From Eledone cirrhosa (lineage: Eukaryota), in assembly GCA_964016885.1 (NCBI GenBank), contig OZ024742.1:221650001-221714000 (forward strand): DNA of 64,000 nt, written 5' to 3'. The translations under genes and the position numbers were made by a program. The notes under the pieces are model-generated. The model was not told where the DNA came from, ran no database searches, and was given only the letters and a program-made list of their open reading frames with translations. Within the stretch, counting starts at the first letter, position 1, and each line of letters opens with the position of its first letter. Shown here in pieces: positions 41,421-55,200 of this stretch.

Positions 41421-41836
41421 TATATATGTATGTATATATATATATGTATGTATATCATATATATGTATGTATATATGTATGTATGTATGTATATATATAT
41501 ATATATATGTATGTATATATATATATATTATGTATGTATATGTATGTATGTATATATATGTATGTAGTATTATATATATATATGTATGTATATATATATA
41601 TGTATGTATATATATATATGTATGTATATATATATATGTATGTATATATATATATATATATGTATGTATATATATATATGTATGTATATATATATATGTA
41701 TGTATATATATATATGTATGTATATATATATATATATGTATGTATATATATATATGTATGTATGTATATATATATATATGTATGTATATATATATATGTA
41801 TATATATATGTATGTATATATGTATGTATGTATGTA

Positions 41837-41869
<33 letters not shown>

Positions 41870-41922
41870 ATATATGTGTATATATATATATGTATATATA
41901 TGTATATATATATATATATGTA

Positions 41923-43553
41923 CCAGGGAAAGCCACCACTGATGCCCTCTTCCTTGTGAGGCAATTACAGGAAAAGTACCTAGCTAAAAGTAAGCCACTC
42001 TACTTGGCATTTGTCGACCTTGAGAAAGCCTTTGACAGAGTTCCACGTGCAGTAATCTGGTGGGCTCTTAGAAAACTAGGAGTAGATGAATGACTTGTGA
42101 AAGCGGTACAAGCCATGTATAGGGGAGCAGTCAGCAAAGTTAGGATTGGCAATGAGTATAGCGAGGAATTTAGCGTACAGGTTGGGGTCCACCAGGGCTC
42201 TGTTCTTAGCCCTCTCCTGTTCATCATAGTCCTGCAGGCAATAACGGAGGAGTTTAAGACCGGATGCCCATGGGAACTCCTGTATGCTGATGACCTCGCA
42301 CTCATAGCTGAATCTATGGTAGAACTAGAGAATAAATTCCAAACCTGGAAGCAGGGACTAGAGAGAAAGGGCCTCAAAGTCAACATGACAAAGACTAAGG
42401 TCCTTATAAGTAGACGAGAAAACAGAACCCAGGTCCCCTCAGGGAAATGGCCTTGCTCAGTATGTAGGAAAGGTGTAGGTAGGAACTCCATTCTCTGCCC
42501 CAAATGCAAACAATGGGTACACAAGAGATGTAGCGGGATCTCAGGAAGCTTAATTAAGAATGTAGGATTCACATGCAGCAGCTGTGCTGAAACAGCAAGC
42601 AAACAGCCACAGGAAACAAGTACCACCAATCTCTGGGAGGGCCCTGTAGAAACAGTAGACAGCTTCTGCTACCTAGGTGACCGAATTAGCAACGGAGGTG
42701 GGTGTTCAGAAAGTACAATAACTAGGGTAAGAACGGGATGGAAGAAGTTTAGGGAACTACTACCACTGCTAGCTGCAAAAGGCTTCTCCCTCAGAATGAA
42801 AGGCAGACTGTATGATGCGTGTATCCGAACAGCGATGTTGCATGGTAGTGAGACCTGGGCGCTGAAGGTGGAAGACTTACGTAGATTAGAGAGAAACGAA
42901 GCCTGCATGCTCCGATGGATGTGTAACAGTAATATACGTGAACGACAAAGCATAAAGGAATTGAGAGAGAGACTGAGCATAAGAGGAATCAAATGCTGCG
43001 TGCAGGAGATGCGGTTACGCTGGTATGGACATGTGATGCGTATGAAGGATGCCAGCTGCATAAAAAGGTGCAGAGCACTAGAAGTTGATGGAAACCGCGG
43101 AGTGGGGAGACCCAAGATGACTTGGGATGAGGTGATAAAAGCCGACCTTACCCAACTACACCTCTCAAAGTCAATGACACACGACCGTGACTTCTGGCGT
43201 CACGCAGTAATACAGGGTACCCGACCTCCCATGGGTACATGCTGAAGCATATAAACAATATGCCCCCACTCCCCCCACCGCAAGGTGGTCGTGGAGGTGC
43301 CACGGCAAAAAAGCATCCAGCCCACACTGTAAAGTGGACGTGTAGGCGCCACGAAAAAGCACCCAGCACTCACTGTAAATGAGGTTGGTGTTAGGAAGGG
43401 CATCCAGCTGTAGAAATCAAGCCAGATCAGTTCCTGTATGAGCAAGGCATGGTCAGCCGACCAGACACTGCCCACAACAGGACAACCCGTCTAACCCATG
43501 CTAGCGTGGAAGAACGGACGTAAAACGGTGATGATGATGATGATGATGATGAT
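41923..43553 (+). mobile_element. 5'-truncated RTE-clade LINE: RT domain, C-terminus, 3' UTR and (GAT)n tail; one in-frame stop at 42091
   Basis: [45 protein letters not shown] and [11 protein letters not shown] motifs; ORF ends 43245; (GAT)n at 43530-43553. Confidence 0.95.
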
Positions 43554-43567
43554 GTATGTATATATAT

Positions 43568-43636
<69 letters not shown>

Positions 43637-43687
43637 TATATGTATGTATGTATATATGTATGTATGTATGTATGTATATGTATGTAT

Positions 43688-44285
43688 GGTCACCAGTTGG
43701 TGCTACTGGTAACATGTATCCCAGTACAACCTGTCCCATGGTCGGGTCGTTGGCGACTAAACTGGCAACCCCACCAAGGTTTCTTGGTGAGGAGGGTGAC
43801 TTTGGACATCCTGCAGGACTAAAAACAAAACCTGGCAAAGGAGCTCTTAAGAGTCAATGGCCATCCAAAATCACCGGGAGAGATGACCCCTTAGCCTTTG
43901 TCAAGGCAGAATTCTAAGAGAAGGAAAACTCTGATATAACACCTGCAACCCTGATGGTATCCAATGATGTTGACTTATTCTTCTTTTTGGTAAATATCAT
44001 CTTGGTTAAGAGAGTGGGACTGGCTTTGTGCAGTGCCTTTGCTCACTATAAAAGCTTCACGGCACAGGCATTGCTTTATATCTGGAGATCTCTCTACACT
44101 TGTCGTCACATGGTACCAAAGGCCCAACACTATGTGTCAATAATTGTCACAGGTGTAGTGTTTGTACCAGAGTTTTCAAGTCGCTGGCTGGACTAAAAGT
44201 CACACTTGTTTAGCGCATCGGTAGGGGTTCTCCTACATGGATATAAAGTAGTGGCCGTACTCGAAAATGAGTTGGCAGCCACCAT
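43688..44285 (+). mobile_element. Probable non-autonomous, internally deleted RTE-type element inside microsatellite
   Basis: Discrete ~600-bp complex island flanked by (TATG)n. Its 3' part encodes a degenerate C2H2-like [15 protein letters not shown]; its 5' part resembles RTE 5' UTRs (from memory, unverified). Confidence 0.45.
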
Positions 44286-44338
44286 ATGTATGTATATATG
44301 TATGTATGTATATATATATATATATGTATGTATATATG

Positions 44339-44377
<39 letters not shown>

Positions 44378-44788
44378 GTATATATATATATGTATGTATA
44401 TATATATATGTATGTATATATATATATGTATATATATATATGTATGTATATATATATATGTATGTATATATATATATGTATGTATATATATATATGTATG
44501 TATATATATATATGTATGTATATATATATATGTATGTATATATATATATGTATGTATGTATATATATGTATGTATGTATATATATGTATGTATGTATGTA
44601 TATATATATATATATGTATATATATATGTATATATATATATATATGTATATATATATGTATGTATATATATATGTATGTATATATATATGTATGTATATA
44701 TATATGTATGTATGTGTATATATATATATGTATGTATGTATATATATATGTATGTATGTATATATATATATGTATGTATGTATGTATG

Positions 44789-44824
<36 letters not shown>

Positions 44825-44976
44825 TGTATATATATATGTATGTATATATATATGTATGTATATATATATGTATGTATGTATATATATATGTATGTATGTA
44901 TATATATATGTATATATGTATATATATATATATATGTATATATGTATATATATATATATATGTATATATGTGTATG

Positions 44977-45072
<96 letters not shown>

Positions 45073-45123
45073 TGTATGTATATATATATATATATATATG
45101 TGTATATATATATATATATATAC

Positions 45124-45167
<44 letters not shown>

Positions 45168-45169
<2 letters not shown>

Positions 45170-45984
45170 CATCATCATCATCATCAACGTTTAACGTCCG
45201 TGTTCCACGCTTGCATGGGTTTGGACGGGGGTAGTCCCACTTGAGGCAAGAGTGATTGTCTTGCTCGCATAGGACTGTCTGGCAGGTTTTCTACAGTTGG
45301 ATGCCCTTCCTAACACCAACCACATTTACAGTGTGGGTCTGGGAGGTTTTTACCGTGTTGCCTACACGGCCACATTACAGCGTGGACTGTGTGTTTTTTT
45401 GTCGTGACACCTACACGATCTCATTTGTTTCGGCCTCGATGGCGCGGCACCAACATAACTTTACATAGAACGGGTGGTGTGGATGGGGTGGGGGTGGTGG
45501 GACGGGGTGTATTTTGTTAGAGATGCCTACTGGCTGGAGTAGGTTTTACTATATATTTAGGTAAGGCGGGTCTTCTCTGTTACTGAGTACCGCCAAAGGT
45601 CTCGGTCCAGTGACATTGTCTTGGAGAGGTGTAAGTGTGTGATGTCGGAGTTTATCAGCTCGTCCCAGGTTTTTCTAGGTCTGCCTATTCCGTGACTACC
45701 GTCTATCTTTATTGCCCTGCACTTTGTTATACAGCTATCGACTTTCATGCGCATCACGTGTCCATACCAACGTAGCCTTCTCTCGAGTAAACAACATCTG
45801 ATCCCTCTTATCTCTAATTTTTTCCTTAGTTCGTTTATGCTTTGCCGTTCACGTATATTACTGTTACACATCCAGCGGAGCATGCAAGCTTCGTTCCTCT
45901 CTAGTCTGCGTATATCCTCTGCACACAATGCCCAGGTCTCACTGCCATGCAGCATTGCTGTTCGTATGCAGGCATCGTACAACA
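45168..45984 (-). mobile_element. RTE LINE 3' fragment (second subfamily), antisense
   Basis: ORF 45557..45985 ([17 protein letters not shown]); 3' UTR is the reverse complement of 38895-39248; (ATC)n tail. Confidence 0.92.
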
Positions 45985-46012
45985 TATATATGTATATATA
46001 TATATATATATG

Positions 46013-46089
<77 letters not shown>

Positions 46090-46094
46090 GTATG

Positions 46095-46147
<53 letters not shown>

Positions 46148-46160
46148 GTATGTATGTATG

Positions 46161-46228
<68 letters not shown>

Positions 46229-46261
46229 GTATATATATATATGTATGTATGTATATATATG

Positions 46262-46298
<37 letters not shown>

Positions 46299-46425
46299 GT
46301 ATGTATGTATATATATGTATATATATGTATATATATATATGTATGTATGTATATATATGTATGTATGTATGTATATATATGTATGTATGTATATATATGT
46401 ATGTATGTATATATATGTATGTATG

Positions 46426-46458
<33 letters not shown>

Positions 46459-46579
46459 GTATGTATATATATGTATGTATGTATATATATATATGTATGT
46501 ATGTATATATATATATGTATGTATGTATATATATATATGTATGTATATGTATGTATGTATATATATATGTATGTATGTA

Positions 46580-46624
<45 letters not shown>

Positions 46625-46639
46625 GTATATATATATATG

Positions 46640-46691
<52 letters not shown>

Positions 46692-46743
46692 TGTATATAT
46701 ATGTATATATATATATGTATATATATATATGTATATATATATG

Positions 46744-46774
<31 letters not shown>

Positions 46775-46793
46775 GTATATATATATGTATATG

Positions 46794-46824
<31 letters not shown>

Positions 46825-46921
46825 GTATGTATATATATGTATATATATATATGTATATGTATATATATATATGTATGTATATATATGTATATATATATAT
46901 GTATATGTATATATATATATG

Positions 46922-46968
<47 letters not shown>

Positions 46969-47189
46969 GTATATATATATATGTATATATATATATGTAT
47001 ATATATATATGTATATATATATATGTATATATATATATGTATATATATATATGTATATATATGTATATATATATATGTATATATATATATGTATATATAT
47101 GTATATATATATATGTATATATATATATGTATATATATGTATATATATATATGTATATATATATATGTATATATGTATATATATATATG

Positions 47190-47220
<31 letters not shown>

Positions 47221-47239
47221 GTATATATATATGTATATG

Positions 47240-47372
<133 letters not shown>

Positions 47373-47437
47373 GTATGTATATATATATATGTATGTATGT
47401 ATATGTATGTATGTATATATATATATATGTATGTATG

Positions 47438-47471
<34 letters not shown>

Positions 47472-47532
47472 TGTATGTATGTATATGTATGTATGTATAT
47501 GTATGTATGTATGTATATATATATATGTATGT

Positions 47533-47566
<34 letters not shown>

Positions 47567-47581
47567 GTATATATATATATG

Positions 47582-47684
<103 letters not shown>

Positions 47685-47855
47685 GTATATATATGTATGT
47701 ATGTATATATATGTATGTATATGTATGTATGTATGTATGTATATATATGTATGTATGTATGTATATATATGTATGTATGTATATATATGTATGTATGTAT
47801 GTATATATATGTATGTATGTATGTATATATATGTATGTATGTATGTATATATATG

Positions 47856-47887
<32 letters not shown>

Positions 47888-47931
47888 TATATATATGTAT
47901 ATATATGTATGTATGTATATATGTATGTATG

Positions 47932-47965
<34 letters not shown>

Positions 47966-47993
47966 TATGTATGTATGTATGTATATATGTATA

Positions 47994-48026
<33 letters not shown>

Positions 48027-48085
48027 ATGTATGTATGTATATATATATATGTATGTATATATATATATATATGTATGTATATATA

Positions 48086-48121
<36 letters not shown>

Positions 48122-48311
48122 TATATGTATGTATGTATGTATGTATATATGTATGTATGTATGTATATATGTATGTATATATATGTATATATGTATGTAT
48201 ATATATATGTATGTATATATATATGTATGTATATATATATGTATGTATATATATATGTGTATATATATATATATATATGTATGTATATATATATGTATGT
48301 ATATATATATG

Positions 48312-48380
<69 letters not shown>

Positions 48381-48381
48381 G

Positions 48382-48571
<190 letters not shown>

Positions 48572-48605
48572 TGTATGTATATATATATATGTATGTATAT
48601 ATATG

Positions 48606-48639
<34 letters not shown>

Positions 48640-48786
48640 TATATGTATGTATGTATATATATATGTATGTATATATATATGTATGTATGTATGTATATAT
48701 ATATGTATGTATATATATATGTATGTATGTATATATATATGTATGTATGTGTATATATATATATATGTATGTATATATATATGTAT

Positions 48787-48987
<201 letters not shown>

Positions 48988-48992
48988 TGTAT

Positions 48993-51900
48993 ATTAGAAA
49001 TTGGAATAAATGCTCTGAAATAGCGATATATATGTGAATATAGACATAGAATATTCGAAAATATTCTGTATGTTTATAATAAACATTTTGAAGACCTAAT
49101 CGCTATAGAATAGAATACGTCACGTATTACAATTAGATTCTCGATAAAAGCAAGGGAAGTAAGTCTACGCGTTTCATTCTTGTTAGAATTCATCAGGACT
49201 ACATATCCAGTGCTTTCATCGAGAATGACACAGCTAGAGACTTATAGAATACTTAGCTGTGTACAGGAACTGGTTTGAAAGAGCGGTTGCCGGTCAGGCA
49301 GAAATTAGAAATTGGAATAAATGCTCTGAAATAGCGATATATATGTGAATATAGACATAGAATATTCGAAAATATTCTGTATGTTTATAATAAACATTTT
49401 GAAGACCTAATCGCTATAGAATAGAATACGTCACGTATTACAATTAGATTCTCGATAAAAGCAAGGGAAGTAAGTCTACGCGTTTCATTCTTGTTAGAAT
49501 TCATCAGGACTACATATCCAGTGCTTTCATCGAGAATGACACAGCTAGAGACTTATAGAATACTTAGCTGTGTACAGGAACTGGTTTGAAAGAGCGGTTG
49601 CCGGTCAGGCAGAAATTAGAAATTGGAATAAATGCTCTGAAATAGCGATATATATGTGAATATAGACATAGAATATTCGAAAATATTCTGTATGTTTATA
49701 ATAAACATTTTGAAGACCTAATCGCTATAGAATAGAATACGTCACGTATTACAATTAGATTCTCGATAAAAGCAAGGGAAGTAAGTCTACGCGTTTCATT
49801 CTTGTTAGAATTCATCAGGACTACATATCCAGTGCTTTCATCGAGAATGACACAGCTAGAGACTTATAGAATACTTAGCTGTGTACAGGAACTGGTTTGA
49901 AAGAGCGGTTGCCGGTCAGGCAGAAATTAGAAATTGGAATAAATGCTCTGAAATAGCGATATATATGTGAATATAGACATAGAATATTCGAAAATATTCT
50001 GTATGTTTATAATAAACATTTTGAAGACCTAATCGCTATAGAATAGAATACGTCACGTATTACAATTAGATTCTCGATAAAAGCAAGGGAAGTAAGTCTA
50101 CGCGTTTCATTCTTGTTAGAATTCATCAGGACTACATATCCAGTGCTTTCATCGAGAATGACACAGCTAGAGACTTATAGAATACTTAGCTGTGTACAGG
50201 AACTGGTTTGAAAGAGCGGTTGCCGGTCAGGCAGAAATTAGAAATTGGAATAAATGCTCTGAAATAGCGATATATATGTGAATATAGACATAGAATATTC
50301 GAAAATATTCTGTATGTTTATAATAAACATTTTGAAGACCTAATCGCTATAGAATAGAATACGTCACGTATTACAATTAGATTCTCGATAAAAGCAAGGG
50401 AAGTAAGTCTACGCGTTTCATTCTTGTTAGAATTCATCAGGACTACATATCCAGTGCTTTCATCGAGAATGACACAGCTAGAGACTTATAGAATACTTAG
50501 CTGTGTACAGGAACTGGTTTGAAAGAGCGGTTGCCGGTCAGGCAGAAATTAGAAATTGGAATAAATGCTCTGAAATAGCGATATATATGTGAATATAGAC
50601 ATAGAATATTCGAAAATATTCTGTATGTTTATAATAAACATTTTGAAGACCTAATCGCTATAGAATAGAATACGTCACGTATTACAATTAGATTCTCGAT
50701 AAAAGCAAGGGAAGTAAGTCTACGCGTTTCATTCTTGTTAGAATTCATCAGGACTACATATCCAGTGCTTTCATCGAGAATGACACAGCTAGAGACTTAT
50801 AGAATACTTAGCTGTGTACAGGAACTGGTTTGAAAGAGCGGTTGCCGGTCAGGCAGAAATTAGAAATTGGAATAAATGCTCTGAAATAGCGATATATATG
50901 TGAATATAGACATAGAATATTCGAAAATATTCTGTATGTTTATAATAAACATTTTGAAGACCTAATCGCTATAGAATAGAATACGTCACGTATTACAATT
51001 AGATTCTCGATAAAAGCAAGGGAAGTAAGTCTACGCGTTTCATTCTTGTTAGAATTCATCAGGACTACATATCCAGTGCTTTCATCGAGAATGACACAGC
51101 TAGAGACTTATAGAATACTTAGCTGTGTACAGGAACTGGTTTGAAAGAGCGGTTGCCGGTCAGGCAGAAATTAGAAATTGGAATAAATGCTCTGAAATAG
51201 CGATATATATGTGAATATAGACATAGAATATTCGAAAATATTCTGTATGTTTATAATAAACATTTTGAAGACCTAATCGCTATAGAATAGAATACGTCAC
51301 GTATTACAATTAGATTCTCGATAAAAGCAAGGGAAGTAAGTCTACGCGTTTCATTCTTGTTAGAATTCATCAGGACTACATATCCAGTGCTTTCATCGAG
51401 AATGACACAGCTAGAGACTTATAGAATACTTAGCTGTGTACAGGAACTGGTTTGAAAGAGCGGTTGCCGGTCAGGCAGAAATTAGAAATTGGAATAAATG
51501 CTCTGAAATAGCGATATATATGTGAATATAGACATAGAATATTCGAAAATATTCTGTATGTTTATAATAAACATTTTGAAGACCTAATCGCTATAGAATA
51601 GAATACGTCACGTATTACAATTAGATTCTCGATAAAAGCAAGGGAAGTAAGTCTACGCGTTTCATTCTTGTTAGAATTCATCAGGACTACATATCCAGTG
51701 CTTTCATCGAGAATGACACAGCTAGAGACTTATAGAATACTTAGCTGTGTACAGGAACTGGTTTGAAAGAGCGGTTGCCGGTCAGGCAGAAATTAGAAAT
51801 TGGAATAAATGCTCTGAAATAGCGATATATATGTGAATATAGACATAGAATATTCGAAAATATTCTGTATGTTTATAATAAACATTTTGAAGACCTAATC

Positions 51901-52270
51901 GCTATAGAATAGAATACGTCACGTATTACAATTAGATTCTCGATAAAAGCAAGGGAAGTAAGTCTACGCGTTTCATTCTTGTTAGAATTCATCAGGACTA
52001 CATATCCAGTGCTTTCATCGAGAATGACACAGCTAGAGACTTATAGAATACTTAGCTGTGTACAGGAACTGGTTTGAAAGAGCGGTTGCCGGTCAGGCAG
52101 AAATTAGAAATTGGAATAAATGCTCTGAAATAGCGATATATATGTGAATATAGACATAGAATATTCGAAAATATTCTGTATGTTTATAATAAACATTTTG
52201 AAGACCTAATCGCTATAGAATAGAATACGTCACGTATTACAATTAGATTCTCGATAAAAGCAAGGGAAGT
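48993..52270 (-). repeat. Tandem array of 311-bp units (about 10.5 copies) with 10 hammerhead ribozyme motifs on the - strand; retrozyme/Penelope-type satellite, left arm
   Basis: Unit starts (attagaaattgg) at 48993, 49304, 49615...; tcatcag (reverse complement of CTGATGA) at 49190, 49501 ... 51989, period 311. Confidence 0.93.
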
Positions 52271-55200
52271 GTCATTCTCGATGAAAGCACTGGATATGTA
52301 GTCCTGATGAATTCTAACAAGAATGAAACGCGTAGACTTACTTCCCTTGCTTTTATCGAGAATCTAATTGTAATACGTGACGTATTCTATTCTATAGCGA
52401 TTAGGTCTTCAAAATGTTTATTATAAACATACAGAATATTTTCGAATATTCTATGTCTATATTCACATATATATCGCTATTTCAGAGCATTTATTCCAAT
52501 TTCTAATTTCTGCCTGACCGGCAACCGCTCTTTCAAACCAGTTCCTGTACACAGCTAAGTATTCTATAAGTCTCTAGCTGTGTCATTCTCGATGAAAGCA
52601 CTGGATATGTAGTCCTGATGAATTCTAACAAGAATGAAACGCGTAGACTTACTTCCCTTGCTTTTATCGAGAATCTAATTGTAATACGTGACGTATTCTA
52701 TTCTATAGCGATTAGGTCTTCAAAATGTTTATTATAAACATACAGAATATTTTCGAATATTCTATGTCTATATTCACATATATATCGCTATTTCAGAGCA
52801 TTTATTCCAATTTCTAATTTCTGCCTGACCGGCAACCGCTCTTCCAAACCAGTTCCTGTACACAGCTAAGTATTCTATAAGTCTCTAGCTGTGTCATTCT
52901 CGATGAAAGCACTGGATATGTAGTCCTGATGAATTCTAACAAGAATGAAACGCGTAGACTTACTTCCCTTGCTTTTATCGAGAATCTAATTGTAATACGT
53001 GACGTATTCTATTCTATAGCGATTAGGTCTTCAAAATGTTTATTATAAACATACAGAATATTTTCGAATATTCTATGTCTATATTCACATATATATCGCT
53101 ATTTCAGAGCATTTATTCCAATTTCTAATTTCTGCCTGACCGGCAACCGCTCTTTCAAACCAGTTCCTGTACACAGCTAAGTATTCTATAAGTCTCTAGC
53201 TGTGTCATTCTCGATGAAAGCACTGGATATGTAGTCCTGATGAATTCTAACAAGAATGAAACGCGTAGACTTACTTCCCTTGCTTTTATCGAGAATCTAA
53301 TTGTAATACGTGACGTATTCTATTCTATAGCGATTAGGTCTTCAAAATGTTTATTATAAACATACAGAATATTTTCGAATATTCTATGTCTATATTCACA
53401 TATATATCGCTATTTCAGAGCATTTATTCCAATTTCTAATTTCTGCCTGACCGGCAACCGCTCTTTCAAACCAGTTCCTGTACACAGCTAAGTATTCTAT
53501 AAGTCTCTAGCTGTGTCATTCTCGATGAAAGCACTGGATATGTAGTCCTGATGAATTCTAACAAGAATGAAACGCGTAGACTTACTTCCCTTGCTTTTAT
53601 CGAGAATCTAATTGTAATACGTGACGTATTCTATTCTATAGCGATTAGGTCTTCAAAATGTTTATTATAAACATACAGAATATTTTCGAATATTCTATGT
53701 CTATATTCACATATATATCGCTATTTCAGAGCATTTATTCCAATTTCTAATTTCTGCCTGACCGGCAACCGCTCTTTCAAACCAGTTCCTGTACACAGCT
53801 AAGTATTCTATAAGTCTCTAGCTGTGTCATTCTCGATGAAAGCACTGGATATGTAGTCCTGATGAATTCTAACAAGAATGAAACGCGTAGACTTACTTCC
53901 CTTGCTTTTATCGAGAATCTAATTGTAATACGTGACGTATTCTATTCTATAGCGATTAGGTCTTCAAAATGTTTATTATAAACATACAGAATATTTTCGA
54001 ATATTCTATGTCTATATTCACATATATATCGCTATTTCAGAGCATTTATTCCAATTTCTAATTTCTGCCTGACCGGCAACCGCTCTTTCAAACCAGTTCC
54101 TGTACACAGCTAAGTATTCTATAAGTCTCTAGCTGTGTCATTCTCGATGAAAGCACTGGATATGTAGTCCTGATGAATTCTAACAAGAATGAAACGCGTA
54201 GACTTACTTCCCTTGCTTTTATCGAGAATCTAATTGTAATACGTGACGTATTCTATTCTATAGCGATTAGGTCTTCAAAATGTTTATTATAAACATACAG
54301 AATATTTTCGAATATTCTATGTCTATATTCACATATATATCGCTATTTCAGAGCATTTATTCCAATTTCTAATTTCTGCCTGACCGGCAACCGCTCTTTC
54401 AAACCAGTTCCTGTACACAGCTAAGTATTCTATAAGTCTCTAGCTGTGTCATTCTCGATGAAAGCACTGGATATGTAGTCCTGATGAATTCTAACAAGAA
54501 TGAAACGCGTAGACTTACTTCCCTTGCTTTTATCGAGAATCTAATTGTAATACGTGACGTATTCTATTCTATAGCGATTAGGTCTTCAAAATGTTTATTA
54601 TAAACATACAGAATATTTTCGAATATTCTATGTCTATATTCACATATATATCGCTATTTCAGAGCATTTATTCCAATTTCTAATTTCTGCCTGACCGGCA
54701 ACCGCTCTTTCAAACCAGTTCCTGTACACAGCTAAGTATTCTATAAGTCTCTAGCTGTGTCATTCTCGATGAAAGCACTGGATATGTAGTCCTGATGAAT
54801 TCTAACAAGAATGAAACGCGTAGACTTACTTCCCTTGCTTTTATCGAGAATCTAATTGTAATACGTGACGTATTCTATTCTATAGCGATTAGGTCTTCAA
54901 AATGTTTATTATAAACATACAGAATATTTTCGAATATTCTATGTCTATATTCACATATATATCGCTATTTCAGAGCATTTATTCCAATTTCTAATTTCTG
55001 CCTGACCGGCAACCGCTCTTTCAAACCAGTTCCTGTACACAGCTAAGTATTCTATAAGTCTCTAGCTGTGTCATTCTCGATGAAAGCACTGGATATGTAG
55101 TCCTGATGAATTCTAACAAGAATGAAACGCGTAGACTTACTTCCCTTGCTTTTATCGAGAATCTAATTGTAATACGTGACGTATTCTATTCTATAGCGAT

